Source of the DNA: Proteromonas lacertae
Lineage: Eukaryota
Assembly: GCA_002245135.1 (NCBI GenBank)
Contig: NGBS01000589.1
Coordinates: 1 to 64,000, forward strand
Reading direction: 5' to 3'
Length of the DNA stretch: 64,000 nt
In this document: piece by piece, positions 23,801 to 34,998 of the stretch
Numbering within the stretch: position 1 is the first letter of the stretch
Layout: each line of letters starts with the position of its first letter
Translations under genes and position numbers: made by a program
The notes under the pieces: model-generated
Database searches by the model: none
The model's input: the letters and a program-made list of their open reading frames with translations, nothing else
Told to the model about the DNA's origin: nothing

Positions 23801-24220
23801 CCAGTTGTTAAAGATTTACATTGGACGTTGTTTGAAGCAGATTATATAATAAACAGATACATCAAAATTACAGTTTATGATTCAATGGGTTATTTTAGAA
23901 ATAATAATAAAGAAAGAAGTGAAATAGTTAATACAATCTCATCAATATTTGTAATGAACAGTGAAGATTATGAACTTAAAGTGAAGTATCATGAATCCAA
24001 GTTGATGCAAGGTAAGGACAACAGTTGTGGTTATTATGTGTTATTTTTCTTAGCTGCGAGAATCAACTTCTTGGATATTGAAAAGATCCCAAACATTGAA
24101 TCATTTAATATTGACTATTTTATCAAAGATATTAAGAAAGGATTACAGAATTTAGATGATAATGAAAAGGCAAAGATGTATTTCTATGCAAGTAAAAGAC
24201 CAACTTATTACAAGAATTAA
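20829..24220 (+). CDS. Ginger/Tdd-like DDE integrase-transposase fused to a C-terminal Ulp1 protease, spliced
   Basis: H2C2 finger HLEFAH..CNGC; VIDLIEM (D); IQSDNGAEF (D); PQCNGKVERMNR (E). GT-AG introns 22638-22672 and 22782-22813 put ORF 21004..22701 in frame with 22991..24220, which has FFPV..LHWTL..YDSMG..MQGKDNSCGYYV. The 5' exon (ATG 20829, intron 20835-20904) is tentative. No RT or gag nearby. Confidence 0.8.
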
Positions 24221-25897
24221 TGCACTCATTATTACTTCTATTACTATTATAAACACTATATTTCTTATATTCTATTAATAATTTTTAATTTTTGAGTATA
24301 AATTAAAAAGCAACTGCACAATTTAAAACTATGTATAATTTGAATTACAATATTGTTCAGCTTTATAAATATATAATAAAATATGAAATTATGTAATTTT
24401 GACTTAATCGATTAAGAAAATTTTTGAAATTTTGATATTCATTACATGTGATTATATATAAATGTAAATCACTTAATAAGCATTTGAATTATAATAATTT
24501 TGTTTCATTTCAATATAGATAATGTAGTTAAAAATCGATTCCGCCATATGGGGACTCCAATTTCATTCATCTCCCATATGGCTTTTAGAAGACTTACATT
24601 CATTTCATTTATATGAATGAATTACAATATTGTTCAGCTTTATAAATATATAATAAAATTATATTAAAGTCAAAATTATAGAAATTCGATATTTAATGTA
24701 TCTCATTTTTATAAAATCTTAAAGTATCAGTCTATAATATTGCAGAATATATTATTAAATAATTTTATGACTACTTTAGCATAAAAGAATTAGTAAATGT
24801 TTTAAAAATAGAAAAATTGCACAATTAAGGGGGTGAAAAAATTAAGGAATTTCATTATATTTTTTCGATTATCATAATAACCAGATGGAATTTTTTTATA
24901 ATATTTTATAATATTCTTAGTTAGAATATGTACTAATAGAATATTAAATAATATTAAATATATTGGTGAATTGAGTGATATCGTCTCATGTCTTACATAT
25001 GATAAAGTTTATTATATATTTGTTAATAACTAACTCCGATCATCATGAATATCATATTAGTTTTGATTGAATCACTCTGCAATATAGATTTCCGCCATAC
25101 GGGGAACAACATTAGAAACTAATATCAAATACAATTTTGAAGTATTTCTTAACCTCTAAATGAGACATAATCTACAAAATGGTTTATAACTTCTAGACTG
25201 ATTAGATTGACAGTAATTATATATATCTATATTTTTAAAAATGAAGTTTATCTGTTAAATAACGAGTTTATAACACTTTTTATCAAAAAACAAGTTTGAT
25301 GAGCTTGGCACATTGAATGCCATGATTTGTCATATATCGTGACAGGCTTGAGCAAATAGAACAGCAAAAAGAGTAAAATAAAAAACATCAAGCTTGATGG
25401 TTTGACTAAGTTAAACTTTATTTTTTAGAGGACATTTTTTATAGAACGGCTGTTCAAATTTTTAACATTTCTAGTGGTGTAACAGCTTTTATATTAAATT
25501 TCTTCTAGATATGTTATTGTGAGTCATCATTGAGAAATGGATGAAAATAATAGTAATATAAATAGTGTATCGACTGAAGGTCAAATTTGATATTTGAAAA
25601 ATGATGTATAAATTTTTAATTTTGTATATATGGTTAGATAATATGCTTATTTACTCATGTTCAATAGGAGGTCAACTAATAGTTAGTATAAGGAAGGTAA
25701 AGGTCAAGCTAAAGATATAGGTTTTGACCTATAAGTAAAGCTATATTTTTTGACCGAAAAATACAACACTGATTAAAACATTCACATATTCTTTGTATAA
25801 ATTTGTATGTAATTCTTATGAGTTGTAGAAAATGATAGAAAGGATGACAAAACACGGATAAAACCCTGTTCCCAACAAATAATTTAAAATACACTTG

Positions 25898-28800
25898 TTA
25901 ATTCTTCTTAATATAATAATTATTGTGATAATTATTAAAATGAAGGTTATTAAATGTTGAATATTGTTGTTGTTGTTGTTGTTGTTCATTATTGTCATTA
26001 GAATTTGTTGTTGATTTATAAGAACTGAAAGAAAAATAACTTGATTGATATTGTTGCTGTTGTTGTGGTGGTGATGATTGGTATTGGTGTGTTTGTTGCT
26101 GTGTATATTGAACAGGATGATAAAATGGATTAGAATTATCACATCTCATTCTCTTATTATTATTATTATAATTCACATTGGAATATTCATTTTCTCTTTG
26201 TCTTTTAAAAGCTTCATAATGACTCATATTATTCAATTGTTTCTCACTTATTCGAGGTTCAAAAGTTCCCCAAGATTGATATCCTGCTTTCTATACTCAT
26301 ATAAATAATAATAATAATAATATATATTAATATATTATACCATATTAACTGGAATATTATTAACCCAACTTGGTGGTTTACATAAACCAGCAATACTTAT
26401 TGTTCGAGAGAGTGATGGCTCAGTGATTCTTAAATCTTCAGCTAATAATACACATTGAGGAATATTCACTCCTCTCAATAGTACTGATTTATGATCTTTT
26501 CTTTCTGGTAATATATATCCAACATCACAACATCGTGTGTATAAAATATCATTAAATCGTTTATTAGGAGCATTTATTGAATCACCAACTATATGAGAAT
26601 ATTTATGGGCTGTATAACCTCCAAATATATCTTTCATATCATTAAATGATATAAATCCAAGTGTAATTTTTTGTTTCTTTTTTATTACTTCTGCTAATTC
26701 AAATGATTCGTGAAACTAATTAACATAACAATATAATATAATTATATAATATAAATACAAATAATAAAGGTTTAGAAAATGAATTTCTTTCTTTTTCATC
26801 TTCATTTAATAAGTGATCTAATGGTCGAAGACATTCTAATAATTTCCTTTCTTTGATAAATGGTAAGAGAACAACCCATAACCATTTTTGAGGATGACCA
26901 TTTGGATCAGTTTTAAACTATATAATATAATAACATATATATATATACATCAGTTGGATAATAACTGTATATTGGTGATTTGGGATTTGTCATTAAATCA
27001 GCATAACATTTTGGTAACATACTTGAAGATGCAGGAGGTAATACAGCCATCAATTGTTCTAATGGTTTATAAGGTTCACCTATATTAAATTCAATTTTTA
27101 TATTCTTTATATCAATCAAATCACTTGCACAAGGTGAATAATGATAAGGGAAAAACCATGACCAAGATGGACAACCTTGATAATAATATAATAACACCCA
27201 ACACAAACCATGAATATAAGAACTTACTAACTTTGACTTGAATTGAGGATCTATAGCTAATAATTTGAATTTATTTTTATAATATTTTTCTTTCCATCCA
27301 GGTTCTCCATATTCTATTTCATCTTTTATATCATCTATAGTTTGTTGTTGTTGTATTCTCTCTTGAAGTAGTTTATCATATTCTCTAACCATATTACGTT
27401 GTTTTAAATCATCTATTATCTGTGAAGCAACTCGTTCTTTTTCTTCGTTTTCATAATTTTCATTAAATTCTTTTTTTCTTTTTTCATTTTCTTCTTGTAT
27501 TTGTTGATCACTATAATATATTCCTTCTTTTTTCTTTCTTTCTAATTTCATTTTTCTCTCTATTCTTCTTGATCTCTGATCATCTTCATCTGTCCTTTGG
27601 GCTTTCAATAATGCATCTTCATATTTTGCTACTTCTCTAATAAATTCACTCAATCTTTCTAAATCTATTTTTCCACAATCAGTTAAATATCCATTTAATC
27701 TTGGCCTTATATTCTTATATATATTCATTAATAAACCAATTGCACCTTGACGTAAATCTAAAGCAGGTAAATGAGGTAAAAAATCATTTCCACAGAAAAA
27801 ACACAAAAATACAAAATCATCTAAAATTCTTTCAATTGTATATTTATCATCATTTCTTATTTCATTGCTCATACCATAGAATTCAGCTTCAAAGTATTCT
27901 CGTAATATAGATAAATGAACAAATTGTAGTTTTGAATTTAAATATCTACTATTCCAGTCTAATACTCCATATTGTTTACGATATTTTCCTTTACATTCAT
28001 CAGCTCTATGACCTGTACTTCCACATAAATAACACTGTAATACTTGTTGACCAAATAATACTTCTTCTCTTAAGATGGAGAAATGAACTTCGTGTGTAGC
28101 TAAACCTAACATGATTAAATCAGCATCTAAACCGTGAATAACATGACTATAAAAATAAAAAATATATAGAATATAAAATATAAAATGAATAAAATATACT
28201 GTGTATTTGGATTATAATTCTTTTGTTGCCTTTGTATTCTTATATATTCTATTATCTTATGTTCACCTTCACCTGGTACACTTGAATCTGAGAGTATTAC
28301 TTTTATCTTATCCCAACCTTTATGATTAGTAATTCGATCATGAATATACCATCTCATATGTTCTGATAAAGTCTTCATAAAAGATGTGCCAGGCGTAATT
28401 ATATTAGAATCCCATGAGGATGGGTGTTTCTCTGGTATATATTGATTGTTATTCTTTAATTCTTGTCGGAAGTCACTTTCAATTCGATTACTCTCTTCAG
28501 CTTCTTGTACACTTCTGAAACGACGAGATCTTTGTTGGTTCATTTTAGCTCTTGGTGCAACACCATCAATAGCAATAAACAACAGTTTTCTTGGTCTTAC
28601 TATTGACATTAATCTGTCAACATACCTAGTCACACGATAATTATATCAACAATATACAAAAACATGTTTTGGAACATATCTTCTTCTGTTGCTGGAATTA
28701 CGTCCAAATCAGATGAATGACTACAATTATGCACGATACCATTCATATCTAAATATAGATTATCATACTCTTCTCCATTCGGATTTGGTGCTGCGATGTC

Positions 28801-28908
28801 AATTTCTGTAAATTCTCCACCGATCATGATGGGATGTTCTTCCTGGGCATAGACGATACATTTGGGATACTTCATACTCAGCCATCTGAAGAATGAAGCA
28901 ACTCCCAT
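25898..28908 (-). CDS. XRN2: 5'-3' exoribonuclease 2 (Rat1/Xrn2), multi-exon
   Basis: MGVASFFRWL..KYP, DNLYLDMNGIVH, AIDGVAPRAKMNQQRSRRF, PGEGEHKI, CYLCGSTGH zinc knuckle, GNDFLPHLP, WFFPYHYSP; short GT-AG introns join the ORFs. Confidence 0.95.
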
Positions 28909-30753
28909 TTTTACTATTCTTCAAGCGATAATCAAGCTTTTATCTTTTCATATTTCAGCGATTATGTATTTAATCATATGTATTTAATATTGTCAAATGA
29001 TAAAACTAATACAAATGCATTAACTGCTTACTCTTGAAATGAAAATCGAGAGAAATTATTTTAAATTAATTTTAGAACAAATGATTCAGCAAATTCCCTT
29101 AAATAATGACATAATTGATAAGTGAAGTAAAAAGAAGTAACATAATAATAAATGAAGTAAATGAAGGAGTTATACAAGATATTCAATATATACTTAGAAA
29201 TATTATGATGAATAAAAGATATAAATAATTTTAAAATATTGCTTCCAAAGTGTGAGTTGGTTATTTGTGTGTATTTTAAGAAAGAAATAATAAAGAAAAT
29301 GATAAAATTGAAAAATGAAGATAGATTGAGTTTAAAAGAGACAAGAAGTGACAAAGATGAGTAAAATAATGAGAAAAGATCAAGATTGTTTAAAAATGAT
29401 CTTATAAAATCATACAATAATAAGCCAAGGAAAGAATATTATTAATATATTGATGATGAAATCAATCCCTCTGATTTGTTCAGCATTTGTCGCAAATGTA
29501 TAAAAACATCTTTCCAATGAATTATGAAAATAGTCGAATAGATATTAAAGATAGTAATTTTTGTTCTTGTAAAGAAGGAGTAAGATTTTTGTTTAGAATA
29601 TTAGAAGTAATCTCAATTAGTATAATATAAATATATTTTAATTTATTTAGATATTTATATGATTGTTGTTATTTAATCAATTTTCTTTAAAACAAACATA
29701 AAACAAAAGAAAACTTATCAATTCGTTAGTTAGTATATATCTTTTCATTTACATTTTGCATATTCTTCTAATATCATTTCTTTATGATTTTGTTTTTATT
29801 TCTACTAAAATACTACTGTGACTAATAAAAACAATAGTAAATTTTATTGCCATTTTAATTCTTTACATCAAAATGATTTATCGAAATGTCCTTCTAATGT
29901 AGTAATATATAGATTATTGTGATGATTGAAAATGTAAATATTTCTATGTAATATTGTTTATTCAATATTATTCTCCATATGAATTATTCACTTTTAAACT
30001 TATATTACCACTTTACTATCACTACTTCATACATACCATTACACTTATATCCTTATAATTAATCCTTCAATTGAGTATTTCATTTAAATATAAAATCTTC
30101 TATTTCACACATAAAAAAATCACAATAATAATTCATCAAATAATAACTTTTATTTTTCAATAATATTACATACAAATCTAGAGATAATATACTTATCATA
30201 ATATAATCTACTACATCTTCTTGAAGATTAAGATATTTTACATCATCATCTCAATAATAGAAACACATAGATCCATACTATTCAAACACTACTTATTTAT
30301 TTCATTAAACTCACATTATCTTACACAAATTAACAAATTCAACAAAGCATAGGATAATAGCTTATTCACATCATCTTTATTTTCTACATCTTTATAACAC
30401 CATCATATTGTTCAAGTTTCAAATGGATTTGAAATCAGTTTCTTTCCTCCTTTAGTCAATCTATTAAAATAAAACAATTATCATACTCCACTAAAATATA
30501 CTAATTTTCATCATAATACATCATTTATACATCAATTTCACAAAAATACTTTTTATATTTATAAATATTTAGCCGTTTCTTTCATCATTTTTCATTTTTT
30601 CTCTTTAAATCATCACTAAGCATAGATATTAATATAATAACATGAATAGATTGATAAATAGTATATTTTCTTTTATTATAACATTATTAGAATGACATTA
30701 ATTGTTTTTAAAAGAGAGTGTGATATATAAGAAAAAAGAGTGAAAAAATAATC

Positions 30754-30872
30754 AGAATCGTTCATATCTACAATAAAGCACCGCATCCCATCAGAACTGC
30801 GAAGTTAAGATTGTACGAGCTATGATAGTAGTACAGTGGGGGACTCTGTGCGAAGTCATAGTAACGATTCTT
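30754..30872 (+). rRNA. 5S rRNA gene, single dispersed copy
   Basis: agaatcgtt/aacgattct terminal helix, CATA at +10, gcaccgcatcccatcagaactgcgaagttaag, tagtagtacagtgggggac..cgaa, ~119 nt, followed by a T-run Pol III terminator. Confidence 0.92.
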
Positions 30873-31160
30873 TTTATTCTTTTTGCTTATTTCTTTTTTC
30901 TTTCCTTTTATTATGATGTAGAGTAGGTATAGAAACTATAAAATATCGCAAACAAATAGAATCTAACTCAATCGAAAATTAATTTGTAAAGAATCATTAT
31001 AAAGATATTTAAAATAGATTAAAAACATGACTTATGCTTGTGGCTATTTTTGTTTATATAATATAAATCACTTTATACAATTACAATGATTAAAGAATAA
31101 ACTAATTAAACGATATTCTATAACACAATCAAATAATTCTAAATCAAGTAATTCATTACT

Positions 31161-32360
31161 TTACACTATTTCATCAAAATATTCACATTTATCAACCAAA
31201 CCATCTGGTAATTTATCAATTCTCAAACCAGTTGGATAATGATATTTATAAAACCCATTATAGTCACATATTGACAATCCATAAGCAGCTAAACCAGTAT
31301 GAACACAATCTGGATATTCACAATCTGGATATTTTGTAAAACCACCAAAATGTTGACAAGATTCTAAAAAATTCAACAGATTCTCTTTATCAATTAAGTT
31401 TATACCTCCCAATATACCTAATGTAGATCCAATCCAATAGGCATAACATACATCATCAGGTTTATTAGTTCTTCCAGCAAATCCATTTGTTTGTCTTTCA
31501 ATACACCATTCTATTATATCTAATCGATCTTCTTCACTTATCACTTCGTGTAGTTTGCCTAAACAACTTAGACTAGCAATTGCACAAAATGTAGCTCCAC
31601 CATGAGCTTCTAGACCTGGTCTTAAACCAAATACTTTCAATGGAGTCTATTAATAATAAAAATAAAATAAATAATTAGAATAAATATACTTGACATTGTT
31701 TTATATAATCAACAGCTTTTTCTATATTAATTCCTGAATAATCATTTAATAAAAAACTAATACAACTTGCACAATACAAGAAACGAAGATCTGATTCAGA
31801 TTCAGATAAATCTCCATAAAAACTATATACAATATAATATGAAATTAAAGAATACTTTCCATTAACAGTTTGATGATATTTTAATGAATTTATTATTCCT
31901 TTTTTATTCACTTTTCCTAAATCATCTCCTAATGTTAAAAGTATTACTAATGCAGAGTATGTGAAGGCTAATCGGGGAGTATCATATTTATCTATTTTGC
32001 TTGGAATCTATTAACTTAAGTGAATAAATCATACAATCTCTGATCTATATGGATTTCCAAACCAAACTGATCCACGAAATCCATAGCAATGAATGTTTAT
32101 ATTTTCATTTATTTCTTTATTTGATCCATCTTTCACTACTTGTAGATTATACACATATTCTTTAATATATTCTGTATCTTCTGGTAAAGCATTCATCATA
32201 TCCAATCCTTGAATCGTCATAAACATCTATTGATTATTAATATTCACTCTAGTCTTACTATTGTGATATGATTAACATCTTCCTCTTCATAATATTCTGG
32301 AAGAGTTTCTAATGACTGAAGTAGACGTCTTTTGTATTTTTCTATGTTTAATTTACTCAT
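31161..32360 (-). CDS. PGGT1B: Geranylgeranyltransferase type I beta subunit, multi-exon
   Basis: ESDLRFLYCA, EAHGGATFCAIASL, GFAGRTNKPDDVCYAYWIG, GGFTKYP..PDCVH prenyltransferase-beta motifs; GFRGS motif. Confidence 0.88.
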
Positions 32361-32434
32361 TATAAATCAATATTAGCAAAAAAAGAAATTTAAAATCTGT
32401 AAGAAACGAATAAATTTTTATAAAATATTCAAAA

Positions 32435-33025
32435 ATGCCTATTTCAATACCCAGTAGTTATAATATTGTATTAGGTTCTTCATCTCAATTTAGACAGGAT
32501 GTAATGAAAAGTACAGGGTTGAAATACAAAATAATCAGTCCAGATATTGATGAGAAAGCTATAAGAAATGATAATCCAGAAGAATTAGTACAATTGATAT
32601 GTAGTGCAAAAGGAGAAGAAATTAAAAAACAGAATTTAGAAAATACCATCATTATTACAGGTGATCAAGTTATTTCTTTTCAAAACAGAATAAGAGAAAA
32701 GCCAATTGATAAAATTGAAGCATTTAATTTTATAAAATCATATGCAAATAGTATATTACAAACAGTATCAGGTATAAATGTGATTAACACTTCAAATAAC
32801 AAAAATGCATGTGGAATTGATATTTGTGATATAAAAATATCAGAAATACCAGATGAAGATATTAATAAAATAGTTGAAAATGGTATAGTAATGAAATGCT
32901 GTGGTGCTTTATCAATAGAAGATCCAGTTTATAAAAACTATTGTGAGATAGTTAAAGGTACTAGAGATAGTGTATTTGGATTACCACTTAATCTTTTACA
33001 ATCATTAATTAACAAAATTTTATAA
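32435..33025 (+). CDS. maf: Maf-family nucleotide pyrophosphatase
   Basis: IVLGSSSQFR, PDIDEKAIR, ITGDQV, IREKP, DSVFGLP. Confidence 0.9.
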   Translation: MPISIPSSYNIVLGSSSQFRQDVMKSTGLKYKIISPDIDEKAIRNDNPEELVQLICSAKGEEIKKQNLENTIIITGDQVISFQNRIREKPIDKIEAFNFIKSYANSILQTVSGINVINTSNNKNACGIDICDIKISEIPDEDINKIVENGIVMKCCGALSIEDPVYKNYCEIVKGTRDSVFGLPLNLLQSLINKIL

Positions 33026-33158
33026 TAAATCCCCAATAAACAAAAATGTTTAAAAATTAAGATAATATACATATTTTTATTATATAAAAAACATAATAAT
33101 AGGAAAATTATTCATGTAACTACATCTACAAAAACTAATAATAATAATAATTTAATGA

Positions 33159-33755
33159 TCAAAGAAGATTTTGATCAAATTCACCAAGTTCACCATATGT
33201 ATCATTTAAAAATGATGAATCTTGAATACTATACATACTACTACTATTACTGCTTATATCCATATCTTCACATTCATGGTTTACACAAGAAAGAGCTAAT
33301 CTTCTCAATTCTTCATTTTCTTTCTCGAGTTTCTTGCATTTTTCTGTCAATTGTTTAATTATTAAGTCTTTTTCATCTAATTGCTCTTGCTGTTCCTGTG
33401 GCTCTTCCGGAAGTAACTCGTTGATTGAATTATCAAACTGTTCTAAGTCCATTTCGTGAATAATCTTTCTTTTTATATTCATAACTCGATCTTCATATCC
33501 TCTCCTAAATAATTTGTGTGAAAATTCACAACCTTTCGTTGATTTTGAGATTGGTACTTTCTTAAACCCATAAAAGTTGAGTTGTCTTACAAAGCTGTTG
33601 AACTTCTTTGTTTTGAAGTACTTTGGTAATAAATCTCGTGAAAAACGATTCACATCACAAATCACAATTGCATCACCATTACAGTTCCATCGAATAAGTT
33701 CCTCATTTTCTGGAGTCAACATCTGAACAATCTTTTTTAAGAATGTATCTGCCAT
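33159..33755 (-). CDS. Heat shock transcription factor (HSF DNA-binding domain + coiled coil), copy 1
   Basis: FLKK..LIRW..LLPKYFKTKKFNSFVRQLNFYGFKK..EFSHKLFRRG. Confidence 0.92.
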   Translation of the reverse strand: MADTFLKKIVQMLTPENEELIRWNCNGDAIVICDVNRFSRDLLPKYFKTKKFNSFVRQLNFYGFKKVPISKSTKGCEFSHKLFRRGYEDRVMNIKRKIIHEMDLEQFDNSINELLPEEPQEQQEQLDEKDLIIKQLTEKCKKLEKENEELRRLALSCVNHECEDMDISSNSSSMYSIQDSSFLNDTYGELGEFDQNLL

Positions 33756-34174
33756 GATAGTTAACAATAATATATCAAAAAAACAATTTTAAATACGTGG
33801 GACAGAAATTTCGAGAATGTGGACGAGCCAAGTTTATTTACATATTTCACAACTCTTAATTCCATTTTCTTTTAAAGATAAGGGTTGTTGGGGTAGTTGA
33901 TTTATACTTACTATATGATACTTTATTTTTTATTTTGTGGTTTAAATATCACTCTCAAAGGTGATGCTGATATGTTTTATTTTGTTGTAAAGGTTCAATG
34001 CGATTTATATTATTAGAAAGTCCAACCAAAACACATTATATCATGAACAACAAGTAAAATTAATCTATGACTACAAAACTTATAAATTTAAGGATTTCAA
34101 TATTACATTGAAATAATCACAAAATAAATATATAGAGGAAAAAACGATCTATCTATCAACATTGATATTTCCGA

Positions 34175-34798
34175 TTAAAATGAATTTGGATCAAATTCAT
34201 CTTCAAATTTGAAGTCACCATAGTATTTATCAAGGAAATTACTTTCTTCTACTCCATAAGCTGAATAATTGCTGTAATAATCACGATTTGGATCACTTTC
34301 ACACTCATAATTACAATAGGAACTTGCAATTCTTTTCAATTCTTCATTTTCTTTCTCTAATTTGCTACATCTTTCTTTTAACAACTCAATTTGTTTGTCT
34401 TTATCATCTAGATAGACTTTTGGAGCTGGTTGTTTGTAGTCTTCTTCTTCTTTCTGTTGATCTTCAAACATATACTCAAATTGATCTGTATCCATCTCAT
34501 GAATGGTTTTTCTTTTGATGGTCATGATCTTCTCTTCACAACCCCTCTTGAATAATCTATGAGCGAATTCACAACCCTTTGTAGTTTTGGATGTTGGTAC
34601 TTTTCTAAAACCATAGAAATTTAATTGTCTAACAAAGCTATTGAATTTCTTTGTCTTGAAATATTTCGGTAACAACTCCCGAGCAAAACGATTTGAATCA
34701 ACAATCACAATAGTGTCACCTGAGTTGTTCCAGTGGATTAGTTCTTCATTATCAGAGCCTAACATGTGAACTACTTTAGCCAAGAAGGTATCTGCCAT
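34175..34798 (-). CDS. Heat shock transcription factor, copy 2 (tandem paralogue)
   Basis: Same HSF motifs, LLPKYFKTKKFNSFVRQLNFYGFRK. Confidence 0.92.
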   Translation of the reverse strand: MADTFLAKVVHMLGSDNEELIHWNNSGDTIVIVDSNRFARELLPKYFKTKKFNSFVRQLNFYGFRKVPTSKTTKGCEFAHRLFKRGCEEKIMTIKRKTIHEMDTDQFEYMFEDQQKEEEDYKQPAPKVYLDDKDKQIELLKERCSKLEKENEELKRIASSYCNYECESDPNRDYYSNYSAYGVEESNFLDKYYGDFKFEDEFDPNSF

Positions 34799-34998
34799 TT
34801 AAATAACTTTTCTAAAGGTTTAAAAAAATGAATAAACAATAGTTTTTTGTGTGTTTCAACAAAAACTCACAACCTCTGTTTACAATCTAATTTTATTTAA
34901 ATTGTCAATATATATTTTACACAAAGAATATTCTAACAATAATAATAGTAAATTCTAAAGCAAAAAAATAATTATTTTCAGTCATACAACAAAATAAT

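Noticed and set aside
20738..25483. TGTTA (20738) ... TAACA as Ginger TIRs
   Set aside because: No candidate right end gives extended complementarity or a matching TSD
29000..30700. ORF 29061..29417 and coding-like patches in the gene-free gap
   Set aside because: Low-complexity F/L/I composition and frequent stops; may be a decayed gene but no family is recognisable
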